Source of the DNA: a virus
Length of the DNA: 64,000 nt
Virus record (IMG/VR): IMGVR_UViG_3300042987_002978
Coordinates: 40,852-104,851 of that record
Reading direction: 5' to 3' (one strand)
Positions 20,064-28,152 of this stretch are shown here, in pieces. The notes under the pieces are model-generated. The model was not told the origin of the DNA. It did no database searches and saw only the letters and a list, made by a program, of their open reading frames with translations. The translations under genes were made by a program, and so were the position numbers. The first letter of the stretch is position 1. Each line of letters opens with the position of its first letter.

Positions 20064-20480
20064 TCAGCCGTTTTCTGTCGCGGCGTACGAGGGTGGATAG
20101 TTGCAAGAAGTGGATACCCTTGTGACAACGCTCGTGTTTGTTGGGCATGAATATGTCGTCGTATAGGTTGGGGAAGCCCCATAACCCCATTCTGGTCTGT
20201 GCAGGTTGGCGTTGTCACACGGTCCGCACCAGTTGGTGCAGTTACATCCACAACCTTGACCTGCTCCGATGCACCATCCACCGCAATTTGCGCCGCCAGA
20301 TGGGCAGTAACTGCCGCTTTGCCATGTCCACGCTGTTGCAGAATAATTCGCCGGGTAGTTGCAAGTCGTTCCGCTCAAAGAAACGATTGCCGTGTTGGTA
20401 TTGCAGGTATAGAACACGCTCCTGCGGGACAGGCCGAATCTCCTTGCCGAGCCGCCGCCCAACTTGTTTACGAATGGCAT
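20064..20480 (-). CDS. Cys-rich putative fibre tip/adhesin with class-B leader
   Basis: N-terminus MPFVNKLGGGSARRFGLSR resembles the Gly-rich paralogs' leaders. Central C/G/W-rich loop flanked by duplicated CxTNTxxV..S.T.CNYP..Y.AT. Confidence 0.7.
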   Translation of the reverse strand: MPFVNKLGGGSARRFGLSRRSVFYTCNTNTAIVSLSGTTCNYPANYSATAWTWQSGSYCPSGGANCGGWCIGAGQGCGCNCTNWCGPCDNANLHRPEWGYGASPTYTTTYSCPTNTSVVTRVSTSCNYPPSYAATENG

Positions 20481-20499
20481 AAGTCCCCTTGTTTAAATA

Positions 20500-21363
20500 T
20501 TAGGCGAATCGTGTCTGCGCGGCGAACACGGTGAATGTGGCAGCACCAGTCTTTACTGCGGTCATGGTGTACATATCCACCGAGTTGGCGTTTCCAGATG
20601 TCGGTGCGCCAGTAGAACCCTGCCATTCTGTCGTCACACCAGACGTCGTTCCGTTGATTTGAATCGATGTCGCGTAGTAGGGAGTCGCGCCGTTGGTGAC
20701 CATGAACGACGTGGTGGCCATTTCGCCAGTGGCGAGTTTGCTGTCCAACGTCGTGGAAGAATTCCAGCGCAGGTTGATGACAAAGTTGGCGGCCGCGTTC
20801 GACGTGTAGTAGGTGGTTCCGTTTGCGACATCAACCGCAATCGTTCCCGTTGCCGCAGTCGCAGAAATTGTGATTGGCTCGATGACCGATGTGGTCTTGA
20901 CGCTGGAGAAGGTAACTTCACTTGTCGTGCCTACGGCCTGACCAATGGCAATTGACGCAGAAGAGCCTTCGCCAGGAGTATGAGTGACAGTAACGCCCGT
21001 GCCGGCAACTACGTCAGCGACATAGTTTCCGGTTGTGTCGGTACCGAGAGCGACCGAATTGGCGGCAATCGAGGCGACACCGCCGCTTGTGATTGTCAGG
21101 TCTCCGCTTACCTTGCCAAACACGTACGTCGGGATTCTGCTTGCGTCCATTTTTCTATTGGCAGAAGCGCTAACGTCGTAAATTGGGATGTCGTCAGCGT
21201 CAACTATGTCGGCGTTGATGTCTACTGCGTTTGTAATGTCGATTCCGGCAAGGGCTGGGATGCCACTGAGCAGTCGCCAGGTGGTGCCGTCCCATTTCCA
21301 GGTTCGCTCATCGGCCACATACGTGTCATTTACCGATGGAGAGTTTGGGAAATCGATTGCCAT
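20500..21363 (-). CDS. Fibre branch protein (FPxSPS/WxWxG N-terminus, QTRFA C-terminal domain)
   Basis: Paralog of 23461..24426. Contains one copy of the repeat of the 1364-aa fibre. Confidence 0.75.
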   Translation of the reverse strand: MAIDFPNSPSVNDTYVADERTWKWDGTTWRLLSGIPALAGIDITNAVDINADIVDADDIPIYDVSASANRKMDASRIPTYVFGKVSGDLTITSGGVASIAANSVALGTDTTGNYVADVVAGTGVTVTHTPGEGSSASIAIGQAVGTTSEVTFSSVKTTSVIEPITISATAATGTIAVDVANGTTYYTSNAAANFVINLRWNSSTTLDSKLATGEMATTSFMVTNGATPYYATSIQINGTTSGVTTEWQGSTGAPTSGNANSVDMYTMTAVKTGAATFTVFAAQTRFA

Positions 21364-21455
21364 TGTTCGCCTCCAAGTGGTCCCTGTAATTATGACATAT
21401 CGACGGGGGGACTAGTTAGAAGGGAAAATCGCCCCTTGGTAATAAGGCGCAAAAA

Positions 21456-21806
21456 TCAGCCAGCGGAGACGGCGACCCATGAGGTCGTATCCTCATCCCA
21501 GCGGTATGTTTCCCCGTCGGTTGGATACGGCACCGGTGCCTGCCATCGACAGGTTGACTCGTCAAGAATCCATGAAGCAAAACGCTTAGGGATTATGAAT
21601 GCGTCTCTTTCCTGGTCATACACGCCACCGATAATTGCGTAGTTTTTCCTGAAAGAACCATTTTCGCAAGTTTCTTTCCAGGTTCCGGTCAGACCAAGAG
21701 AAGCGATAAACTGAAGGCCAATTTCTTCAGTTGGGGCATCTTCATCTGATACAAGAATGACATTGGTTACAAAATTATTTTCGTCAAGCGAAGCGTAGTA
21801 TTTCAT
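21456..21806 (-). CDS. Fibre-associated small protein (chaperone-like), paralog of 24430..24798
   Basis: TWKET..FRKNYAIIG..YD.ERDAFI.PK...SWIL.E.TC.W.APV. Confidence 0.75.
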   Translation of the reverse strand: MKYYASLDENNFVTNVILVSDEDAPTEEIGLQFIASLGLTGTWKETCENGSFRKNYAIIGGVYDQERDAFIIPKRFASWILDESTCRWQAPVPYPTDGETYRWDEDTTSWVAVSAG

Positions 21807-21815
21807 GTCGTAATC

Positions 21816-22589
21816 CTACGGACGGAACCTTACGTAGACGATTCCAGAGCCGCCACTTTCGCCTCCGCTGCGCACTGCGCCGCCACCTGCCGACCAACGA
21901 GTTCCACCACCACCGCCACCAGAGTAACTTCCATTGCCAGGACCAGCACCGTTAGAACCGCCCGCACCGTTTCCACCGTTTCTTCCAGAGGTGCCGTTAC
22001 CGCCACCCATGCCGCCTTGCCCCAGCATCGGACCACCACCACCGCCGCCAGCACCACGATAAGTATGACCAGCCGGCTGACCGATGAAAGCCGAAATGTC
22101 GGTTCCGTTACCGCCATTTTGTCCTTGACCTCCACCGTTCGGGGAGCCACCACCGTCGTTACCGCCGCCACCGCCGCCGCCAGTTGAGTTGGTTTGTGAA
22201 CCAAATGTCGTAGTGCCACCATTGCCGCCGTTGCTACTAAGTGCGCCGCCACCGCCACCACCACCAATTGTGATGCTTTGATTTGATGTAAGAGTCAGAA
22301 GCAAACTTTGACGAACCTGTCCGCCACCGCCACCGCCGCCGCCGGCATCGCTACCTTCGTTGCAGCCACCTCCTCCTCCACCGCCGCCACACCATAAGAC
22401 ATCAAACTGCCCCGAGCGAGTGACGGTCAGGGTACCAGAACTGGTGAATGTCAATAAAGTATATGTCTGTCCGTCGACAGTTATGGATGAGGAACTACCA
22501 CCAGTGGCAGCGCCGTAAGGGTTGGGCACTGAGCGAAGAGAGCCAAACCCTCTTCCCGAAGAAGAACCGAATGTTCCAATAATAGGCAT
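21816..22589 (-). CDS. Glycine-rich adhesin-like protein (class-B leader, permuted domain order)
   Basis: Poly-Gly tracts. YTLLTFTSSG is at the N-terminus and GGSGIVYVRF at the C-terminus. Confidence 0.8.
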   Translation of the reverse strand: MPIIGTFGSSSGRGFGSLRSVPNPYGAATGGSSSSITVDGQTYTLLTFTSSGTLTVTRSGQFDVLWCGGGGGGGGCNEGSDAGGGGGGGGQVRQSLLLTLTSNQSITIGGGGGGGALSSNGGNGGTTTFGSQTNSTGGGGGGGNDGGGSPNGGGQGQNGGNGTDISAFIGQPAGHTYRGAGGGGGGPMLGQGGMGGGNGTSGRNGGNGAGGSNGAGPGNGSYSGGGGGGTRWSAGGGAVRSGGESGGSGIVYVRFRP

Positions 22590-22591
22590 AG

Positions 22592-23452
22592 TTACACCAC
22601 CACCAAAGAGCCGCTGCCAGTAAACGTGTGAATTGTGTACGAGCCAGAAGTAGTTTTCGAGCCGCCAGTAATTGTGTAGGCACTTGCGCTTGAGGTCAAG
22701 TAGCGAACAATTACGATTCCGGAGCCGCCGCTTAAACCGCCGCCGCCGCCACCTCCACCGCCGCCAGTGTTTGCCGCTCCTACAGTTGCTCCGTTGCCAG
22801 CATCGTAATATCCACCGTTTCCACCACCACCCGCACCACCTGCTTGACTACTCGGGTCTTGACTGGCTCCACCACCACCACCGGCACGAGTTACAGAAGA
22901 GCCTGTTATGGAAGATGCCCTACCAGAGCCACCTCCACTTGTTCCTCCACCTGCAGCGGCACCACCTCCACCACCGGCTGCATCCGCACCGTTTCCGTTT
23001 CCACCACCATAACCTTGACTTGCAGTGCCGCCAAATCCGCCAGTTGCGCCTGAAGATGCACCGCCACCGCCGGAACCACCAGTACCACCGCCACCGCCGT
23101 TTCTACGACCGCCACCGCCACCCGTAGAAGTTATCGTATGAAAAACGGAGTTGGAACCGTTACCTCCTTCTGCACCACCTCCACCACCGACGGTGACCGT
23201 GTAAGTGCCGGCACCGAGAGAAAGAGCCGCTTCTGCGGCTGCGCCACCGCCCGAAGTTTCGCCGGAGACTGACGACCTATAACCACCTCCGCCACCTCCG
23301 CCGCCGTAAGCACCTATTCCTGTGTCGTTTCGGTTTCCACCGCCGCCACCGGCAACGACAAGATATTCAACGCTGAACAGCGGTCTTGCAAAGACTCGTA
23401 ATCCACCGAACCCTCTTGTTGAGGAAGAACAGAACGTTCCTGAAAGCGGCAT
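22592..23452 (-). CDS. Glycine-rich adhesin-like protein (class-B leader)
   Basis: VEYLVVAGGGGG..GGSGIVIVRY..YTIHTFTGSGS. Confidence 0.8.
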   Translation of the reverse strand: MPLSGTFCSSSTRGFGGLRVFARPLFSVEYLVVAGGGGGNRNDTGIGAYGGGGGGGGYRSSVSGETSGGGAAAEAALSLGAGTYTVTVGGGGGAEGGNGSNSVFHTITSTGGGGGRRNGGGGGTGGSGGGGASSGATGGFGGTASQGYGGGNGNGADAAGGGGGAAAGGGTSGGGSGRASSITGSSVTRAGGGGGASQDPSSQAGGAGGGGNGGYYDAGNGATVGAANTGGGGGGGGGGLSGGSGIVIVRYLTSSASAYTITGGSKTTSGSYTIHTFTGSGSLVVV

Positions 23453-23460
23453 AGTTATTC

Positions 23461-24426
23461 CTATGCGAACTTGGTCTGAGTCTCTAGCACCTGGTATGTC
23501 GGGGTTGCTGCGGTCTTGACAATCGTGAACGAGTAAACGTCAATCGACGAAGCGTTGCCTGCAGAAATTGCGGATGGAACCTTCGGAGTAACTGCCGACC
23601 CGTCAATCTGGATGACGTTCGGATAGTACGGAGTCGCTCCGTTCTGATTCATCCACACGACGGTTATCACGTCGCCTACCGCCAGTTTTGACGAAAGGGT
23701 CGTGCTTGAGTTGTAACGGAAGTTCAGCGTGTGGTTCGCCGTCGCGTTCGATGTGTAGAACCAAATCGACGATGTTGCAATGTCAATGTTGATGGTTCCA
23801 GTAGCGGCCGCGGCAACGACGTTTGCGCGCTCCTGAAGGCCCTGAACGATGAGTTCTTTCGTCAGGTTTGTGTGAGCACCGTTGATTGTCGGGCTCGTCA
23901 AGGTCTTGTTCGTCAGCGTGTCACTTGAGGATGTCGTAACGACGTTTACTCCCTCAATAGTGACGACTCCTGCCGCACTGCGGGCAAGCGTGGTGTCGTT
24001 GGCGTGGCCAAGTTCAATCGAGCCGACACCGAGAGGCGAGGTCGTTGAAGTGCCCAATTTTGAGATAGCGATGGCCGCTGCCGCATTGACATCAGCATCG
24101 ACAATCACGCCTGAAGCAATTGAAGTAACTCCGGAGGAATCAATGGTTACATCGCCAGATTCTGTAACAGAGGTGGGGACCCCAGAGGCGTTGTAAACGA
24201 TGATATTCCCAGCAGTGCTAGTAGCGAGTTTGGACAGTGCAATCGCTGCGGCTGCATTGATGTCCGCATTGACGATTGAGCCGTCGGCCAGTTCAGTCGA
24301 GCCGACCGAACCGGCACCGAGAGCACCGGTAACGATTTTCCACGAAGTGCCGTTCCACTGCCACGTGCGAGCGCCGTCAGTGTACGTCTGGTTGACAGAA
24401 GGACTTGATGGAAATGTTAACGGCAT
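23461..24426 (-). CDS. Fibre branch protein (FPxSPS/WxWxG N-terminus, QTKFA C-terminal domain)
   Basis: MPLTFPSSPSVNQTYTDGARTWQWNGTSW. TLTNKTLTSPTI shaft motif. C-terminal domain shared with 20500..21363. Confidence 0.75.
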   Translation of the reverse strand: MPLTFPSSPSVNQTYTDGARTWQWNGTSWKIVTGALGAGSVGSTELADGSIVNADINAAAAIALSKLATSTAGNIIVYNASGVPTSVTESGDVTIDSSGVTSIASGVIVDADVNAAAAIAISKLGTSTTSPLGVGSIELGHANDTTLARSAAGVVTIEGVNVVTTSSSDTLTNKTLTSPTINGAHTNLTKELIVQGLQERANVVAAAATGTINIDIATSSIWFYTSNATANHTLNFRYNSSTTLSSKLAVGDVITVVWMNQNGATPYYPNVIQIDGSAVTPKVPSAISAGNASSIDVYSFTIVKTAATPTYQVLETQTKFA

Positions 24427-24429
24427 AAA

Positions 24430-24798
24430 TTACTCTCCTTGGGGTACGACTTCATCCCATTGAAGTTCTTCTTCGTTCCAGACCCAGAATCCTGTCTCTG
24501 GACGCGCAACCGGGGCTTCCCAGTCGCATGTTGTCTCGTTGAGAACCCAAGACGGGTACGGCTTCGGTGCGATGAATGCATCGCGCTCGGCATCATACGC
24601 ATAGCCGATTCCGGCATAACGCTTGCGGAAGTTGTTGTTGTACGAGGTTTGCTTCCAAGTGCCGCCGAGAAGATTCGTGCAGAAAGCCACACCGATTTCC
24701 TCACTGGCCGGAAAGTCTCCACCACCGCAATCGTTGTTGGATACGACGATTACCTGCGTCACGATGTTGTCCGAGTCAATTTGGGCAAAATGTGCCAT
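24430..24798 (-). CDS. Fibre-associated small protein (chaperone-like)
   Basis: MAHFAQID..VTQVIVV..WKQTSYN..FRKRYAGIGY.YD..RDAFIAPKPYPSW.L.E.TC.WEAPV. Confidence 0.78.
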   Translation of the reverse strand: MAHFAQIDSDNIVTQVIVVSNNDCGGGDFPASEEIGVAFCTNLLGGTWKQTSYNNNFRKRYAGIGYAYDAERDAFIAPKPYPSWVLNETTCDWEAPVARPETGFWVWNEEELQWDEVVPQGE

Positions 24799-24845
24799 GT
24801 TCTTGCTCTCCTATAGTGGTTGGCTCACATTATAGGCCATGGGCA

Positions 24846-25838
24846 TCAAAGAGTGATTGAACCCGAAGCGGTAAAAGTGTAGATATGGTAGCCGCCTGCG
24901 CCGCCATTGTACGTTGGCGAACCAGTGGTTGATGTTGCCGCCCCGTATGCAGATGTAGGCCATCGAACAATGACAACACCAGAACCACCCTGCCCACCGC
25001 TGCGCCATACCGCATCGTTGTTGAATAGTCCGCCACCACCGCCACCACCCGTGTTGCCGGTTCCTGCAGAGCCGTTGGCAGTGTGCGCTGCGCCGTTTCC
25101 GCCTCCGCCGTTTCCGCCTGCTCCGCCAGAACTGGCGGGTTGTTTTCCGGCGCATCCTCCACCGCCTCCACCGCGCACAACTGCGGACCCAGTGATTGAG
25201 GACGAGACGCCTGCGCCACCGGCACCACCAACACCGTTGATTGTGTTCGCAGCGTTACCGCCGACTGCGCCAGCGCCTCCACCACCACCGGCGGGATAGT
25301 CCTGCAATGCCGATGAACTTCCACCTGCATATCCTTGCCCTGTTGTGCCAGTTCCTGCACTGCCGCCTTCACCACCGCGACCACCACCGGAGCCACCGTT
25401 GCCTGCACTCACCGCTCCAGAACCACCACCGCCGCCGCCAGTTGCGGTTATCGTGGACAATACAGAGTTATTACCGTCGGTTCCTTTTACGTTTGCGTTT
25501 CCTCCGTAGGCACCACCTCCGCCTACCGTAACGGTGTGAGAAGTTGCGACGGCAAGAGCAAGTGTCGATTCTGCAGATGCTCCGCCTCCAGAGTTTTCTC
25601 CAGAAACTGAAGAACGATATCCGCCGGCACCACCGCCGCCGCCTTGTTCAAGTGCGCCTCCTCCGCCTCCACCGCCAGCGATGACCAGGTATTCAACCAG
25701 AACTGGTGTCATCGGCCAGTTCGATGCACCTTTTTCTTGTTGATGGCTTGCCAAACTCCACATACCCGACGCGACAGATGTAGAGATTGTCTGCTTGGGA
25801 CCGAGCCGCCCACCTTTTCTTTGTTTTTTGTTTGGCAT
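24846..25838 (-). CDS. Glycine-rich adhesin-like protein (class-A leader)
   Basis: GGRLGP..SGMWSL..QQ..NWP leader, VEYLVIAGGG, GGSGVVIVRW, YHIYTFT.SGSIT. Confidence 0.8.
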   Translation of the reverse strand: MPNKKQRKGGRLGPKQTISTSVASGMWSLASHQQEKGASNWPMTPVLVEYLVIAGGGGGGGALEQGGGGGAGGYRSSVSGENSGGGASAESTLALAVATSHTVTVGGGGAYGGNANVKGTDGNNSVLSTITATGGGGGGSGAVSAGNGGSGGGRGGEGGSAGTGTTGQGYAGGSSSALQDYPAGGGGGAGAVGGNAANTINGVGGAGGAGVSSSITGSAVVRGGGGGGCAGKQPASSGGAGGNGGGGNGAAHTANGSAGTGNTGGGGGGGLFNNDAVWRSGGQGGSGVVIVRWPTSAYGAATSTTGSPTYNGGAGGYHIYTFTASGSITL

Positions 25839-25846
25839 AGTTACCC

Positions 25847-26833
25847 CTAGAAAGTTATGCTTCCAGAACCGGTGAACGTGTAAATGTGATATCCGCCCGT
25901 GCTCGAATATGACGGTGAGCCTGTCGTTGATGCTGCTTGTAGATACGCGGTTGACCAGCGAATAATCACAATTCCAGAACCACCCGCTCCACCGGGACCA
26001 TCGGCTCCTCCGTCAACCATTCCGCCACCGCCGCCACCAGAGCCAGTGCTGGCCGCGCCTGCAGTAGCAGAGTTTCCATTGTTTACTGACCCACCTCTGC
26101 CGCCAATTCCAGAACCCCCGCAACCACCACCTCCGGGATTTCCGCAAGGACTGGTCACATGGGACCCGTAGCCAGCACCACCACCACCGCCGCCTGCACG
26201 AGTTACAGATGAACCTGTAATACTGTTACTTAAACCAGCGCCGCCGGAACCACCGTTGTAGTAGTCATTTGATGGGCTAGTTTGACCAGCGCCTCCAGCA
26301 CCACCACCACCCCTACCCACGTTTTGGCTGTCTGCGCCTTCACCACCGTCATAACCCTGTGCATTGGTTCCGGTTCCTTTTGAAGCACTACTACTTGCGC
26401 CACCACCAGCGCCGCCGCTTGCTCCGTTGCCGTTATATGAGCCGCCAGCGCCTCCACCAGTAGAGGTGATGCTTCCAAAAACTGAGTTGTTGCCGTTCGT
26501 TTGCGAACCACCGCCGCCGCCGACCGTTACGGTGTAAGTAGTGCCGGCAGACACGGAAAGTGGTGATTCTGCCGCTGAACCTCGCCCAGATGTGGCACCG
26601 CTGACTGATGTGCGATAACCACCAGCGCCACCGCCACCACCGCCGCGGCCGCCGCGTCCTCCACCTGCACCTCCGGCAATTACCAAATATTCAACGGTGG
26701 GCGGAGGATACAGTGTTACCGGCCAGTTCGACGTTCCTTTTTCTTGTTGCTGACTCGTCAAATTCCATACGCCGCTTGCAGCGCTAGTACTTACCGATGA
26801 GCGCGGTCCGATTCTTCCGGCGTTTAAGGACAT
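25847..26833 (-). CDS. Glycine-rich adhesin-like protein (class-A leader)
   Basis: AGRIGP..SGVWNL..QQ..NWP leader with the same conserved blocks. Confidence 0.8.
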   Translation of the reverse strand: MSLNAGRIGPRSSVSTSAASGVWNLTSQQQEKGTSNWPVTLYPPPTVEYLVIAGGAGGGRGGRGGGGGGAGGYRTSVSGATSGRGSAAESPLSVSAGTTYTVTVGGGGGSQTNGNNSVFGSITSTGGGAGGSYNGNGASGGAGGGASSSASKGTGTNAQGYDGGEGADSQNVGRGGGGAGGAGQTSPSNDYYNGGSGGAGLSNSITGSSVTRAGGGGGGAGYGSHVTSPCGNPGGGGCGGSGIGGRGGSVNNGNSATAGAASTGSGGGGGGMVDGGADGPGGAGGSGIVIIRWSTAYLQAASTTGSPSYSSTGGYHIYTFTGSGSITF

Positions 26834-26836
26834 ATA

Positions 26837-27790
26837 TCAAAGAGTAATCGAGCCGGAGCCGTTGAATGTGTAAACGTGATATCCGCCGACGCCGCTGTTG
26901 TATGAGGGGGAACCTGTCGTAGATGTGGCAGCATTGCTGCTTGTTGACCATCTAAGAATCACCACACCAGAACCGCCAGCACCTGAAGTACCGGCACGTG
27001 TTCCACCACCACCGCCGCCAGTGTTTGCCGCTCCAGACTCGCCGTTTGCAGAAGAACCGTTTGCGCTAGCGCCACCACCGCCGGCACCGCCCGCACCAGA
27101 GGTCACATTTGCGTTACCACCACCGCCACCACCGGCGCGAGTCACAGAAGAACCAGTGATTGACGATGCCCTTCCATTCCCACCCCTACCGGCATTATTC
27201 ACCATCACTTGACCCGCTTCTCCGGCACCCCCACCGCCCGAACCGCCGTTACCTCCGCTTGCGCCACCATCAAAACCCTGACCTGCCGTACCTACGCCGT
27301 TGGTGCCAGATTCTCCACCTTTGCCGCCACCACATCCACCGTCTCCGCCATTGATTCCGTGTCCACCTCCGCCACCCCCACCGAGTGAAGTTACAGTAGT
27401 CATTCCCGTTGCGGAAATCGCGCTGTTATTTCCAGCGCCGCCTCTTTGCTGACCACTGACAACGGCGCTACCGCCGCTGCCAACAGTAACGGTCATCACC
27501 GTTCCCCTGGCAAGGGTTACGGTAGATTCGGCTGTTGAGTTTCTTCCGCTTAATTCGCCGATGACAGAACTCCTGTATCCGCCAGCGCCACCGCCACCGC
27601 CACCGGATGCGCCGTCAGCAGAACCACCACCTGCTCCGCCAGCAATTACCAAATATTCAATAGTTAATGATTGAACTGGCCAGTTATTTTGACCCTGATT
27701 TTGTTGCTGGGTATAAAGGTCCCAGAAGCCAGAAGCGCCAGACGTAGAGACCGTTTGTAACGGGCCGATGCGTCCACCGCGCCGGCGCAT
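26837..27790 (-). CDS. Glycine-rich adhesin-like protein (class-A leader)
   Basis: GGRIGP..SGFWDL..QQ..NWP leader with the same conserved blocks. Confidence 0.8.
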   Translation of the reverse strand: MRRRGGRIGPLQTVSTSGASGFWDLYTQQQNQGQNNWPVQSLTIEYLVIAGGAGGGSADGASGGGGGGAGGYRSSVIGELSGRNSTAESTVTLARGTVMTVTVGSGGSAVVSGQQRGGAGNNSAISATGMTTVTSLGGGGGGGHGINGGDGGCGGGKGGESGTNGVGTAGQGFDGGASGGNGGSGGGGAGEAGQVMVNNAGRGGNGRASSITGSSVTRAGGGGGGNANVTSGAGGAGGGGASANGSSANGESGAANTGGGGGGTRAGTSGAGGSGVVILRWSTSSNAATSTTGSPSYNSGVGGYHVYTFNGSGSITL

Positions 27791-28143
27791 TAACTAATCT
27801 CTTCGTAAGAGCAGACCGCCTCAAGGTCAGAGTTCGCGTTTGCAGTAAGACGCAGGGCATCACCTTCTTCTAGGTAAATTGCCTTGGAGATGATGTCGAG
27901 CGTCGCGTCGGCAGGAACCGAGACGGTGTTCGCGATTCGATAGGCAGTCGAGGAGCGGAACAAGTCGACGTTGATGTCCGCCGCGTTGGTGCCGTCCACG
28001 TTCGATACGTACAAGGCGTTGATTTTGAACACCTTGCCACTGGCGGCCGAGTTCGTGACGATTGCCGTCGCGCTCGTGGTGACGGCCATGACTGCCGTCT
28101 TGCCGGTGATTGTTGCTACGTTGACGATGTTCGGTGCTGCCAT
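27790..28143 (-). CDS. Small beta-rich virion adaptor protein
   Basis: MAAPNIVNV..KVFKIN.L.VSNVDG..VPADATL..IYLEEGD.L..SYEEIS. Lies between the long fibre and the Gly-rich genes. Confidence 0.7.
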   Translation of the reverse strand: MAAPNIVNVATITGKTAVMAVTTSATAIVTNSAASGKVFKINALYVSNVDGTNAADINVDLFRSSTAYRIANTVSVPADATLDIISKAIYLEEGDALRLTANANSDLEAVCSYEEIS

Positions 28144-28152
28144 AATCTCTCC

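Noticed and set aside
21816-27790. Diversity-generating retroelement acting on the Gly-rich paralogs or the Mtd-like fibre
   Set aside because: No reverse transcriptase in the window, and no template/variable repeat pair differing only at adenines was seen. The Mtd-like part is only the N-terminal anchor.
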